DNA of 64,000 bases from Azolla caroliniana (Eukaryota > Plantae > Polypodiophyta). The notes below the pieces were generated by a model. It ran no database searches, was not told where the DNA came from, and saw nothing but the letters and a program-made list of their open reading frames with translations. Shown here piece by piece: positions 49,320-63,761 of this stretch; position 1 is the stretch's first letter; each line of letters opens with the position of its first letter. Location: contig JBHGNT010000005.1 in the NCBI GenBank assembly GCA_043228905.1, positions 22,630,001 through 22,694,000 of the forward strand, read 5' to 3'. A program made the translations under genes and the position numbers.

Positions 49320-51190
49320 AAACTAGGTTAGAAGGGAGTGCTTAGCCCCCATCACAAAGAGACAAGATGTTCCCAAGCCCTCCAATATCAAAGAATTTGT
49401 ATTTTTCCTTTCAGGTAATGGATGCCACTCTAAAAAAACCCCAAAACTTGGCCAATAGGCCAATAAATGTTCATGTATCAATGACCTTGGACATTTAATT
49501 TCTCTATCAATAATTACCACATGCCACCAAGAAACTATAGTCTTCACCTCTCCATGCTTGATACCTTCTTTTCTTAATAAAGTAAGCGGCAAATTCTATG
49601 AAGGTAGTTGTCCTTTAAACATAGCCTTAAGCAAACCATCTGCTCCTATAGATTTAAAATTGTTGTCCCACAGGTCTTTTTGTAGTACAAATATGATTGT
49701 AGGCTAAGCTATGATATTTCCTCTTCCACAATGTGAATTTGCATTGAGGTTGCTAACTTCTCAACAGTTTTTTCAGACCATGGCAACAATGGTAAATAAC
49801 AAGATAGAATATAAATCATGATTGATTGGACCACTTTTGGTCTAACATGAAATGACCATGCTTGTGATTTTTCGATACATAAATTTGTATACAAGTCAAG
49901 AAAATATCCGGTCTATGATTTTCACTTTAGACACATCCCAACCAATAGGATAGCCTAAATGATGCCGAATCATACAATATTGTACTACTACCTCTATCCA
50001 ACCAAGATCCTCCAAATTTCTCTTTGTACATGAGATGAGAACTAATTTATGCATGTTTATCTTCAAACCTAAAGTTGTGGCAAACAATTCACATGTTGAT
50101 CTTCAATCTTGAGGTTGTAGCAACATCCTCATTTATTGACTTGGTATGCATGGCGTCTCCATGCATCAATGTTTGTTTTTTATTCACATCAATACCATTA
50201 CTAATACAATTTGGCCTTTTTGGCATTAGCCATGCCACAATCATCAATAAATTGCATTTCTAGCTCCCTCATATCATAATTTCCTGTATTTTGATTGGGA
50301 TATGAGCACAAGCTTCAAAAACTTATCTCCATCCTTGGAATGCCTCAAGTGTAAGTCTATCCTTGCACCTAGGTTGCCTTGTTGTTGCAGTGTTGTTCGT
50401 GCCATGGCAGCCAAAACAATTGCGTTGTTTCTATTGTTCTCCTCTACATAGACCACCAATTTGACGTATTATACCTTGTTGTGAAGCTCTTTGTATGAGC
50501 CAACATAAGTCTTTAACATATTCTTCTAACCTGTTCTTCTAGCTAACATAATTACATACTTCTCTTATTTCTCTATTCTACTCTTTCTTATTTCTTTTCT
50601 TTTGATCTATCTTGTTATTAGCTACATTCTCTATTCTATTATTTTCTAATTGTTTTCATTTCGCTCTATCTTGTTATTGGCTACATTCTTCTCTTATGTC
50701 TCTAATATATTCTTTTTTATTTCTTTTATTCCATTCTATATTGCTTTTGGCTGTAACCCTTACATTCAACGCATTAAAGCATGGTTCTTTGGAAGTTTGG
50801 GATCCAAATTGAAAATGGTTGTCAACAAGCCTTTGTCACTCACTTTGCTCACATATTATTCTCTTTCAAAAGAATTGCAAGCCAAAAATCACCAAGAATA
50901 ATTGCATCCATGCCAAAAATCACCAAACAACACTACCACCACCAAGAAAACCACAAATTGAATATCTATGGCCATTTATAAATTCTTTATGTGACAATTG
51001 GAATCAAGAGATATTGATGGTCCTCACCTACAAGGTTATACAAGGTACTTTCATAAGAAAAGAACTCCCCAATTACTACATCCAACAAAAATATTACGCC
51101 ACGTTATTGCATGCCAAAGCACCGTGTGAAAACATTGCCTTTACCAATGATAATCAAAGAAGTGCAACACGCCCTTCACCAAGTTAATAA
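49320..51190. mobile_element. Degenerate L1-like LINE fragments (minus about 49320-50200; plus about 50800-51190)
   Basis: LGLKINMHK...RHHLGYPIGW resembles L1 RT C-terminal motifs; the plus-strand LTYKVI..LP..I...YATL resembles RT N-terminal motifs. Heavily decayed. Confidence 0.45.
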
Positions 51191-52377
51191 GTTATTGCAT
51201 GTTTTTAGAGATCCAACCCATTTTAGCTAATCACTTCCAAACTCATAAGCTTAATACATTAATATTTCTGTGTTCTTATATGTTTAGGCATGATGGTAAC
51301 GATGTAACTTTTGGTTAACAATCAAGTCGAAGTTGTGTATATAAAAAATATACATACTTTGCTCCCAAAAAGTTGGCCTATAAAGTCTCTTTCCATAATC
51401 CAATAATTGCCATCACCGAAAGGCTCTTGCTTGACTAGCATCAAACCTGTTTTTTACTAGTTTGAATTATGAATCATGGTTTACTTCAATAAAGCACTTA
51501 CAAGTGCCACCTCATAATGCATCTTCAATTAAAACGCATGAATGTAGTGACAACTTTTACTTATCTTTGATATATATATTTCTTATGCCTACTAGAAACA
51601 ACAATAGGAGCAAGAAGATAGAGAGGAACTAGGTATGTTTATACCCAACACTTGTCACTACAAGAAATTGAAGACTTGGCATTACATATCTTTGCCTCCA
51701 CGATTCTATAGCACAATCATCTATCCTATTAATCTACATGCGAGACATGCTATTACGTGCATGACATACAACACTCTTAAGAATCAATGTCAACATGCTG
51801 ATCCCAACATCTAATACAAAAGGTGAAGATTAAGAGCTAAAATATTTCATAAATAAGATTTATGTGACCAGCTATTAATAAACCCTATTGACTGCATAAA
51901 AACTCTTCCATCTATCCCACATTATACATAAACCAAACGTCCTTTTACTTCCAGTTTGCAACCCATCAAATAAATTAACCAAGTTAAGAGATTTATCCTA
52001 CAGATTGCATAGCATGTTAGCATTGATTTTAAATACCCCTGAAAGTCATTGATAGCATAAAGTATCTAAAAGCACCAAGTTCCAAGACTCTCATAATGTG
52101 CTGTCTACAATTTTAACACAATTGATAAGTCAATACAGAATATTTTGTAGTAGTTTGTTGAACATGATGCAAAGACATAAATACGTTCAGTATATATGTA
52201 TACATTGAGAGATGTTATCCACAGAAATGATCATGTGACTACTACTTCAAAAACTATATGCTTGAACTGATTCAACAAAGCACTACTAATGACCTAGACT
52301 ACCCCAGATATTTACATTTCCAGAAGAGTTCCTCCTAAACCAGGTAAAATGCGACATACATAAAGAGGAAAAGAAAA

Positions 52378-54973
52378 TTATGCAGAACCCTCATCAGCAG
52401 GTTTTAGCTCACAAACATCCCGACGGCAGAGAGGACAGATCCTGCGTATGCAAACATGCAGCATTAGATAATATGTCAGTTGTTGCATGCATGCATGCAT
52501 ACACACATATTTATTCACATGTACCTATGAATCTCCTTCAGCCATTTGTCAATACATATCATGTGATATTCATGGCCACATGGAAGAGCTCTCAACTGTT
52601 CTCCATCTTCGTATTCCATCAGGCATACATGGCACCTACAAAAACAAAATATGTTAACTCTTTAGTGAGATCTCATAAAAGATACAAATATTATGACAAA
52701 ACTGAAGGATTTCCATGTTATAATTATCGTCTGCAGCAATGAAAATCATGGTGTTTGAAAAATGCTGAACTTCCATCCCCATGTAAAATGCAAATTCCTT
52801 AAAGATAATAGAAGAAATTAATAAAGAAGCCTCGCAGGCTGGCTGAAGTGGATAAACTATAGTATTTTCTCTTTCATCATCTCAACTTCCATTCGAGCTG
52901 AATTATAATCTAATATTATGTATATGATTCAATAGTTAAGACATGGGGACGATTATTACAAATACCCAGCATAAATTAATCATTATTATTATGACAACCA
53001 GCTTAGAACTTCCATATTAGAACTGCAGGAAACCCAAACATGGCCAATGCACGGTTTCATAAGAAAGTGGATCATACAAGGGCCACATGGGGGACTTCGT
53101 GGAGGTTCAACAACGTTGTTACTTTCAAAACTCTATCTGCTTTGTTACAATGGAAGCTTGAAAAGGCAAGCCCTACTTATAGTTTTTGCATCCAAGTACA
53201 AGACAGATGGCCATGAAAAAAACTCTGAACATGATGTTTGCACTATTGATTTTGAATTTAAGACTTACTGTGGCGTAGAGCTTTCGTTCTCAACTTTGTA
53301 AAAGATTTTCAAAGGAATTGATTCTACCACGGCATCAGGTGCTGGAAGATATCCCAATGATAGTCTAGTTGTTTGAGAATCCGAAACTGATTGACGGTGT
53401 ATGTCTTCCAAGACCTTCAAAACCAACAGATGGATAACCAAGGAAGTTATATAAAAAAATGTTCAAAAATGCACAAAATCATGATGACTCACGATCTACA
53501 ACCATATATATATTTAATTCGTACATGAAAAAATTCACAAAGGAATAACATGTACCTGAAAAAGAGCTTCTGCAAGCATTAACATCCGTGAAATACTTGT
53601 TCTTGTGGCCATCTCTCCATGTAAACGAGAAGAATCCCTAGAGCTGTTATGTCGAATCCCTACTGCATATGGCCTTGTACGTCCAGGTAGCTGCTCAAGA
53701 TGAGTGCTTAGTCGTTGTACAGCCCAGACCTGATTGATTTAACATACATTAGCAGTAATAATAATATTCTCCCTTCTTTTCCAGAGTGGAGCACAGATAT
53801 AAGCAGCTAAATTTTTATTTATTCATTTGACTAGGTTTATGCTAAAACATACAATTGAATCAAGATGGAATGGCTGTTGCTAATGTTTAGAAATGGCATT
53901 ATAACATATGTTATAGTACAATCTTCGTATATATACAATATTCAAGCAAGGTAGATTGTAGATATGTTAAAATATAGCATCCAAAAAAAACATTCATCTA
54001 CTCATTCTCATGAACTATGTTCTCTTTTAATGCTTGAAGATTGTATAACATAGTAACTTATGTTATTCAATCTTCAAGCATATAAAGCAAAATGTGAAAT
54101 TGAAAAATAACAATTTCACCAATGCTAACATGTGCAATTTATTATTGAGATTGAATGGTGTGGTAATTGTTATCATCGGAAACGGCACCCAACCTGAGAC
54201 CTGAACCTTCGCCTCCTATCTTCTATATTTGAATTTCTATTCCTCCGACGATGATCATTCTCTTCATGGAGAAGATTTCTAGCTTCGACCATCCTGTTTG
54301 GTAGCCTTGTTCTGCTATGATAAAGAAGTAGTATGGGCTCAACATCTTCCCGAAAATCCCTATTACCATTTTCTCGTACTGATACAGAATGCATTAATGT
54401 GTCCCAGAACTGTCTAGCACTATTTCTCCTTGCCTCCGAACCTATACCACCTCCCCTATATATAGCAATACCTGGCACATCAGAATAGCTCAAAGGACTA
54501 ATGCCTATCATCCCAATGGAGTGTACATTATCAAGACGATAGTCAAAAGTATACCTATGAGACTCTTCAGCATCTTGTTGTGAAACATAACTACCCACAT
54601 CATCTGTTGATTGCAATGGTATTTCTACTCCTTCCTGTGCATCCCTAGTGCCCATGAAACTTTGTCCCTGAATTTCTTCTCCTTCTATGGTTTGCTGACT
54701 TTGTCTTTGTTCACTTGACCTTCCATTATGCTGAAGACACAATCTTCTCAATGGAGCCATATTAACATGTCTTTTTCTAGAAAGAGTTCTCATAGTTGAA
54801 TCTCCTGTTGTTTCTACAATCTCTAGAGACCCTTGAACTTCGTCTTTTACCAGTTGCATGGAATATCCAGGTGATTGTCTTGTGCCATTGTTAGAACTAA
54901 CTGTGGTATGCACTGCGGAGACCTGCTGCTCAACCCCAAGATCTAAGACGATGTTCTCAGATCTGCTTGATGG
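52378..54973 (-). CDS. RING-H2 E3 ubiquitin ligase (last five coding exons; N-terminus not resolved)
   Basis: Exons 54973-54194, 53729-53556, 53414-53269, 52635-52525, 52441-52378 (GT-AG, in phase). [42 protein letters not shown]2 [43 protein letters not shown]. Confidence 0.9.
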
Positions 54974-55524
54974 CTGTCAATAAATTTAAAGAGAGTCAAA
55001 ACAATCTTAATCTAATGCCAAAATCTTAATAGAATAATGAGAGAAAAGAAAAACATACATGAAATTAATTTTAGATTAAAAAAAAGTAATTGAATTAGAA
55101 TGGAAAGGTGGCACAATAAACTTTAAAAAGAGAGAAGTTTGGTTGTGTAGACTCGTCAAAAATGAAGTACTCAAAAATTCAATAGAAGACATTGCCTGCA
55201 TAGAGGATACAATGTATCATTGCCCAAAATCAAGCCCAATTTCCCATGTTCACTATGGAGGACATGGATGCCATATTGCATCATCCATGAATGTGTTCAT
55301 GAGTTGATCCACTCATATTCTACCTCTCCTAGATGATAAGTGTTTATTTATTTATTATGTATCTGCAATACTCATACCCATGGCTCCAACATCCTTGTAC
55401 TTTGATCACAGCCTAGTTATTTCATTGTACCTTCTCCCTCTATCCCTTCATGCCTCCTTTCTTTGCCTATTGGTTTTCCTATATCATTGTAATATGATCA
55501 AATCCTAGTTATATCATGGACCAT

Positions 55525-55690
55525 GCACACCCATCGTGCCCACTCTCCCCCACCTTCTTTGGGCTCTATATCAAACATGGAGATGGCAAAGGAATTGACA
55601 TATTAGTATTAGGTACACCCATTCACATTCTTCTTCACTTTGATGACATATTCTTGGACATGGATCTACAACCTCATCCTAACGCCTATA
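55525..55690 (+). mobile_element. LINE RT fragment
   Basis: CPLSPTFFGLYI...ILLHFDDI. Confidence 0.6.
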
Positions 55691-57203
55691 TAGTTTTGGA
55701 GATAACAAGGCCTGGGAAAGACTAATGCTAAAGACACAATCTTACACTCTGTATAAATACTGTGGTGACTGCAAAAACCACTAAGAAGTTAAATATTTAT
55801 TTCTGAATCTCCACCACATCAAGCACAAAGCAACAAAGCTATCTTCCTCTTTTGCAAATTCACCCCAGCACCTATCCAACCACACCTTACCACGCACATG
55901 AATCTTAACTCACACAGATTCCTCACACTTCTTTGAACTCACTCGCACAAGTTAGGCATTGAGTTAGCGCCATGGCATCAGAAAACAACAAGCACGCATA
56001 AATGTAAGGTATGTAATGAAGACTTAGTGAAGAAACAAACTCACTTACTTCTCATATGCTCAGGATATAATGTGATTCACGAAAATTATGAAGACTTGTT
56101 AAGTTAGATGGATTATTCAGGTGCCACACTCAAAGCACTGCCTAAAAGGTATTTCTCATGGAGAAGTTTTACTACAAAGTAGCAATCCTCTTCTTGGAAG
56201 AAGACACATACAAGATGTATCAGAAGCACTCCCAATAAGCATCCTCATTGGAATACCCTTTGCTAAAGTGGAAGACTAAAGCTCAAGTTTGTGATTGTGT
56301 AAGTGCCAAAGGCTTTGCATGTTCTTGAAAACATGATGGTTGTACCCAACAGATACGCTAAATGTATTTTAATCTTATCCATTAGAATAACAGTATTGGC
56401 TTTGTAAAACAGCTGATAATGCGCCTTGTAATCTTTACCTAATGCAGGCATAGGTATTAACAGGAGTATCAACATTGTCTCTTTATTCCATATGGATTCC
56501 TGATGTAGCCCAAGCCTATAATGACATGTCATGTGCTTGAAGTTTAATCATTGACCTTGATCATTTATCACATCTTGAATTGACTTCAGCACCTTCTTTG
56601 CGGTGAAAAAGGTTTTCCTAGATTCTTGTTGGATAATGTTCAAGAAAATATAGCACTCCAGTGTAAGCCTTCTTAGTGCCCCTGTTTGCGAGTCTCCTCT
56701 GCATTTTATGTATTGCAATATTTACTCCCTTCCAATATTTTAGAAGATTGGAACTCAATCAGCAGCCTTTGATATGTCCATCAAGCTTCCCAGGTTAATC
56801 TCCCATGCCAAATGGCTTGATTTTTAAATTGGCAAATGAATCTACTTTTACTCAGACTTCCTGGGCCAATGTTTGGGAGATACTTTTGGCTTTTTGGACA
56901 GATTCTTCAAGTCCTAACAGCAAATGCCTATTTTGTCAAATTGAAAAGGTTTTGGTAGCTTCGGATCATCTGGATGACTCGCAGTTGCAAGGTGTTTGGT
57001 CAAAATGAAGTGCAGGAAGTTATCTTCATTAAGCAATCCCCGACCCATCTCTTTTTGATTGCCTACAACCGAGGAACATCCAACCCCAAAGTTACACTCT
57101 TTACTTTGAGTGCCCCTCTCTATTTTACTGTCTACTTGAAACATTCGACATTTCTCCTTATTCTTCGTAGGTTTTCACCTCACATTGATGTTTCCCACAA
57201 GTG

Positions 57204-57755
57204 TGTGAGAAAAGCTGTTAATAGCAGCAGCGGAAGACTTAAAACTAAATAGACACAGCCAAGCTGTGAGAAGGCTGTTAGACAGCAGTAGAAAAAATGG
57301 TTGCAAAGAGCAAAGACACAGCCAAGGAATAGAGCTTGTTTTTAAGTAGCAACAAAGAAAATGAAAACTATACAAAAGAGGTTGGTATAGCCTATTTATA
57401 CAAAATTGGGGAATGTGGGTGAAATAGCTGTTTGGTAGTTAAGTGACTCTTGTACTACCAAACAGGTACAAAAAACTAGGAATAAAAGGGAATATCTTGG
57501 AAAAGGTAGAAGAGAGAAAAGGCATTTAAAGCATTGCAGATTCTAGAGAGAGAAGGCATTTAAAGAGTTGCAGATTCTAGAGAGAGAAGAATCTGAGAAA
57601 AGAGAGAATGTAGTACAGAGATAATAAATATGAAAGAGAGTGCAGGTTTGGAGCTGCCACCCTCCAACGCCTCCTCTCAGCTCCAGAACGGCCATCAAAC
57701 ATTGAGTCGACCGAGGAGCTGATTAATGGCATGCCTTGGAAGCGGGAAATATATG

Positions 57756-57789
<34 letters not shown>

Positions 57790-60700
57790 TGTGAGAAAAG
57801 CTGTTAATAGCAGCAGCGGAAGACTTAAAAGAAAATAGGCACAGCCAAGCTGTGAGAAGGCTTTTAGACAGCAGTAGAAAAAATGGTTGCAAAGAGTAGA
57901 GACACAGCCAAGGAATAGAGCTTGTTTTTAAGTAGCAAAAAAGAAAATGAAAACTTTTACAAAAGAGGCTGGTATAGCCTATTTATACAAAATTGGGGAA
58001 TGTGGGTGAAATGGCTGTTTGGTAGTTAAGTGACTCTTGTACTACCAAACAGGTACAAAAAACTGGGAATATCTTGGAAAAGGTAGAAGAGAGAAAAGGC
58101 ATTTAAAGCATTGCAGATTCTAGAGAGAGAAGGCATTTAAAGAGTTGCAGATTTTAGAGAGAGAAGAATCTGAGAAAAGAGAGAATGTAATACAAAGATA
58201 ATAAATATGAAAGAGAGTGCAGGGCTGGAGCTGCCACCCTCCAACACCTCCTCTCAGCTCCAGAACGGCAGTCCAACATTGAGTCGATCAAGGAGCTGAT
58301 CAATGGCTTGCCTTGGAAGTGGCTTAGTAAATAAATCAGCCACATTTTCTTGAGTAGGGCAATATGCCAAGTTGATGACTTGTGATTTCACTAAGTCACG
58401 AACAAAATGGTAGTGCACTTCGATGTGTTTTGTTCTACCATGAAATGCTGAACTATGTGCCAAGGCACGTGCACTTTGGCTGTCGGTGAAAACTGCAATA
58501 GGAGAGGCTTGCAAAACACCAATGTGAGAAAACAATTGCATCAACCATAGCAAGTCACAGCAAGTATCCAAGTAGGCGCGATATTCAGCTTCCGTCGATG
58601 AAGTAGAAACTGAGTTTTGCTTCTTCGATTTCCAAGAAATCAAGCCTGAACCTAACATAAAACAATAGCTAGATGTGGACCTTCTAGAATCAATATCACC
58701 TGCCCAATCAGCATCTGAGTAGCCAACAAGCTCAATGCCGCCTCTAAAAGATAGACCATAGTCGAGTGTGTTGGCCAAATACCGAAGAACTCGAATAGCT
58801 GCTTGCCAATGACTTTGTCTTGGAGCAGTTGAGAATTGGCTGAGAATACTCACGCTATAGGACAAATCAGGCCTGGTATAAGTTAAGTGAAGAAGGGACC
58901 CGATTAATCTCCTATATTTCGTGATATCCTCAAATATGGGAGAATCGTCTTCACGAGATAGCTTTGAGTTTGGATCCATTGGACAGGAGAGTGGCTTGCA
59001 ATTTGTCATGCTATAGGTCTCAAGGAGCTGCTTGAGATACCTATGTTGGCTGAGAAAGATACCACCATGTGATTGATAGACCTCCATACCTATGAAATAA
59101 TGGAGAAGTCCTAGATCAGTCATTTCAAAGGTTGTTTTGAGGTCAGCACGGACCTCCTCGATTTTAGATGCAAGGGACCCTGTAATTAGAAGGTCGTCAA
59201 CATATAATATGATCAAGCAAAGCAAATTATCTTGGGAAAAAACATAGAGATTGCTGTCAGCATTACAGTTTTGAAACCCAAGAGAAAGAAAGAAGCTATC
59301 AACTTTGTCATGCCAAGCTTTGGGAGCTTGCTTTAAGCCATACAAGGCTTTGTGTAACTTGTAGACCATGTTTTTCTGCTCTAAAATCTCGAAACCTGGA
59401 GGCTGTTCAACATAAACCTCCTCTTTCAAGTCACCGTTAAGGAAGGCTGACTTGACATCCATTTGAAAAATGGCCCATTTGTTGTGAGCAGCAAGTGCAA
59501 GCGCACATCGGATAGATGTGTACCTTGCTGTTGGAGCAAAAGTTTCCTCATAATCCACTCCTTCAACTTGTGAGTAGCCTTTTGCCACTAAACGTGCCTT
59601 GTGCTTATCCAAAGTACCATCAGCATGGTATTTGGTCTTGAAAATCCATTTCAATCCAATGACTTGTCGATGTGGAGGCCGTGGGACCAGCTCCCATGTA
59701 TGATTCCGCTCAATGGAATCAAGTTCAACTTCCATTGCTGCTTTCCACTTTGGAAGAACAAGGGCCTCTTTTGCTGTTGTGGGTTCTTTTGATTGCACAA
59801 CAATGCACAATAAGGCAAAGTTGCATGAGTGAAGAGGCCGTTGTGACTTACGTGTTCGAGAACCAGATGTATACTCATGAAGTTCAGCATCGGAGAGATG
59901 AGAATCACGAATGGTGGCTTGAAGCCACTTGGGAAGTGGTGGAAGCTGGTTTGTAGAGAGAGTGGAAACAAGTGGAGTTGAGGGAGAGGTTTGAATTGTT
60001 GGCGAAGTTAGAGATTGAGTAGGAGGAGATGGGGGGCTTGAAGATGAGACATCTTCGTCTAAAATAGGAGATTCCGGAGGAGCTTGGATTTCAACCATGA
60101 ACTCAGGTAAAATCCTAGAGTCATCCGGCTGAGACTCCACAAAATGAACATCCCTAGATATGACTAGGGACTTTGACTCTAAATCCCATAACCTGTATGC
60201 TTTAGATTGTGTGTTGTAACCAAGAAATTTGCATTTCTTGGTTTTGGACTCAAATTTCGTCCTTTTATGATCTGAAATGTGCACATAAGCATCACAACCA
60301 AAGACTTTAAAATGAGATACTGAGGGCTTTACACCTGTAAATGCTTCTTCAGGCGTCATTCTAGCAACTGCTTTTGTTGGGCAGCAGTTGATGATGTAGA
60401 CTGTTGTGTTGACAGCTTCACCCCAAAACGAGAGAGGAAGATCAGATTGAGATAGCATCGTACGAGCCATCTCTTGGACTGTCCGGTTCTTCCTTTCCAC
60501 GACTCCATTTTGTTGAGGAGTATTGGGTGTAGAAAATTGGCGAGCAATGCCTCGTTGAGAGCAAAAATGGTGGAAAGCTTTGGAGATAAACTCTCCACCA
60601 TTGTCCAACCTGATCTTTCGAACTTTCTTCGATGTCTCGTTATCCACGAGAGCTACCCATTCTAGAAATTTTGCGAAGGCTTGGGATTTTTCTACAAGAA

Positions 60701-63060
60701 AATAAACCCAAACCTTGCGGGAGAAGTCATCAATTATAAGCATGAAGTAGCGTGCACCACCAAGAGTAGTGGTTTTCATGGGACCACAAAGATCCATGTG
60801 CACTAACTCCAAGATAGATGTTGCTCGGTGAGTGGCTTCATGAGGGAAATGCTCTCGATGTTGCTTGCCATGAAGACAAGCAACACATGGGGTATTGGGA
60901 GATTTGAAAATAGGAAGACCCTCAACTAGTTGGGAGGAGGAGAGCTTTTGAAGAGAATCATAGTTGAGATGACCAAACCTAGCATGCCACAACGTGGGAT
61001 CTTCTTGTGCCACCAAGGCATGAGAGCCTTGAAGAAGATGAAGAACATGAGATTTGGAGTTTTCCAAGGGGCTATGGGAGCTTTTTAGGCGATATAAACC
61101 CCCTTCTTGTGTACCACTAGCTACAATTTGTAGGCTGTTGGTGTCAATCACTTCCAAAACTGAGCTATCAAAGTAGACTCCATAACCTTGCTTGGTGATT
61201 TTGTAAACCGAAAGTAGGTTGGTAGAGATGCGAGGCACATGTAGCACATCTTGAAGAACGACAAGTTCTTCACTTGAAGAATTGTCAAGAACCACATTAC
61301 CCACACATGAGGCCTCAATGCTTGAGGCATCTCCTATAGAGATTTGGGAAGAGCTAGGCTTCACATCATGCAAAATGGATTTGTCATAGGTCATGTGTGA
61401 AGTGGCACCACTATCTACTAACCACTCATCGATGGTTGAAGTAGTTGGTCCAGCCAAATGTGAAGTATGTTCCTCAATGCCAAGGAAAACTGTTTCTTTG
61501 GCTGAGTGGGCCGAGTTGGATTTCGGTGTAGGTTGATTTCTAGTAGAAGAAGAATTCTTAGCATTGTCCCTTTTCTTTTTCCGACAATCTAGGTGAATGT
61601 GACCTTTGTAGCCACAATAATGACAAGTGAGCTCCTTGTAAGCTGGGTTGTTTGGCGGTCTTGGATTGGGTTTGTTGTAGGAGTTACCATTTTGCTTCCA
61701 CTTGCCTTTACTTGTCGCATGTAGAAGCGTCTCATTGGAAGTTTGAGCACTTTTCTTCCGTGTTGCCCTATCTTGTAGCATACCAAGAAATGTATTCATG
61801 TCAGGTGTGTTGGGAAGAAGAGAAATGGTGTCACAAAAGGCTGAGAATGACTCAGGCAACTTTATCATTAGACGATGCACAAACTCAACTTCAGTGGACT
61901 TGCTTCCCAAAGAAACTAGTTCCTTTTGGAGAGTGCCAAATTCCGTTATTTGATCCATGATGTTGGGAGTGTCATGAATCTTGAGATTTGCTAGTTGGCT
62001 TTCAATAGCTATCATTTGAGCATGATTAGCTCGATGATACCTCCTTTTGATGGCTGTTCATAGTTCATTGGCTGTCTCGTCATCTTTATCTTGAAATTGA
62101 ATAGCGATGCTTGGTTTAATATTAAACATGAGGAAAGCATGAGCACAAGAATCCTTATCTAGCCAAGCTTCAATCTCAGCGTTAGATGAGCCAGCAACTG
62201 ATTTGGTTGAAGAGGATGAAGTTACTGGTGGTTTCTTGTCACTACCATTGACTACATTCCATAAACGATGGTATTGTAGCAAGGTCTTTATTTGTAGCTC
62301 CCAATCCAAGTAATTGTTCCCATCCAAGATGGATTCTTTGGGGAGTTGGGGAATGGTTGATGAAACAATGGTGGCATGTGAGGCCATGGATATCCTCCTC
62401 TTGAGCTACAGCTGGACAATTTACAGCAGTTGTAAGTAGATACTCAGGGTCTTTCTACTTCTCCCTAGATGCTAGGTGAGGCTCAGGTAAGGGGAAAAGA
62501 AAACAGAAGAGCCTCCCCTGTAGGGTTGGGAGGGAGGGATAAAAGAAGATAGGTCTGTGTGCTCTTTGGCAAAAAAAATCAGGCTAAGGATATGGAGACC
62601 TCACTGCTCTGATACCATGTGAGAAAAGCTGTTAATAGCAGCAGCGGAAGACTTAAAACTAAATAGACACAGCCAAGCTGTGAGAAGGCTGTTAGACAGC
62701 AGTAGAAAAAATGGTTGCAAAGAGCAAAGACACAACCAAGGAATAGAGCTTGTTTTTAAGTAGCAACAAAGAAAATGAAAACTATACAAAAGAGGTTGGT
62801 ATAGCCTATTTATACAAAATTGAGTTTAGTTAAGTGACTCTTGTACTACCAAACAGGTACAAAAAACTAGGAATAAAAGGGAATATCTTGGAAAAGGTAG
62901 AAGAGAGAAAAGGCATTTAAAGCATTGCAGACTCTAGAGAGAGAAGGCATTTAAAGAGTTGCAGATTCTAGAGAGAGAAGAATCTGAGAAAAGAGAGAAT
63001 GTAGTACAGAGATAATAAATATGAAAGAGAGTGCAGGTCTAGAGCTGCCACCCTCCAACA
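57204..63060 (-). mobile_element. Ty1/copia element G with three LTRs (62618-63060, 57790-58246, 57204-57669), PBS 62606-62617, TSD AAGTG
   Basis: LTRs TGTTGGAGGG...TCTCACA. AAGTG at 57199-57203 and 63061-63065. PPT GAGCTGAGAGGAGG before both downstream LTRs. Confidence 0.95.
58254..62387 (-). pseudogene. Copia gag-pol polyprotein, intact except one in-frame TGA at 62058-62060
   Basis: ORFs 62387-62058 and 62015-58254 are in the same frame. Gag [42 protein letters not shown], integrase VHMDLCGP / DNGGEF / [19 protein letters not shown], RNase [10 protein letters not shown]...NVADLFTK. Confidence 0.93.
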
Positions 63061-63229
63061 AAGTGCTCTAAGTATTATTACTAAAACGGCCATAACTTTC
63101 CACACATCCTCACAGACCAATCAAAAAGTTCAGTTCATCCTAGCAAGTCAGCAGTTGAAGCCGTGGATTCCCGTGTCTATTTAAGAGTATCATTTACAAG
63201 CACCATAGGGTGCCAAAGATTGCCTCATT

Positions 63230-63480
63230 CAAGGCTATGCAGCTCTGGACATGCTATGATGACAATGCCACCAAGCACACTTCCAGGAACCTAATAACAA
63301 AATGTGGTTATTTGACAACATCATCATGCCCACCCTCCTGTACACTGCAAATATATGGGCTCCAACACTCCTTGCCCTCACGTGGACACAGATAAAGCTT
63401 CGACTAGTCACAATCCCAAAGATGTTATGTGTCACACATGATAAAGTGATTCTAATAGCCTCTACATTGAGCACCCGCAA
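63230..63480 (+). mobile_element. LINE fragment (post-RT region)
   Basis: YAAL...FQEP.TKMWLFDNIIMPTLLYTANIWAP resembles [28 protein letters not shown] of the 28450-30850 LINE. Confidence 0.6.
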
Positions 63481-63761
63481 CTAACCATCCAAAACAATGA
63501 GTGGAACAAGGTAATACAGAAGAACTTAAGGTAACTTGGATTACATAAAGTGAGCTTCTTCCCACAAATAGGCTGCTACAAAAATCATTCCATGACCCTC
63601 TCAAACGATGGATTCATTCAAAGACCAAGGGACATTGACACCTAATGCCCCATAGCGATCATAGAGCAACAAGACAACTTGAAGTTTCCCCTCACCAGCA
63701 GATAGAAGAGAGGTGATCACATTGCATACCTAGAGCTGATAGAATTTGCATGTCACGTGAA

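Noticed and set aside
8003-54973. Co-oriented EXPA, EXPA, cimA, ALG2 and RING genes as a biosynthetic gene cluster
   Set aside because: The functions are unrelated, no other citramalate-pathway enzyme is in the window, and co-orientation of so few loci is plausible by chance.
62058-62060. Programmed stop-codon readthrough in copia G
   Set aside because: The stop lies in mid-gag at an expected Trp, not at a gag/pol boundary; a TGG-to-TGA mutation is simpler.
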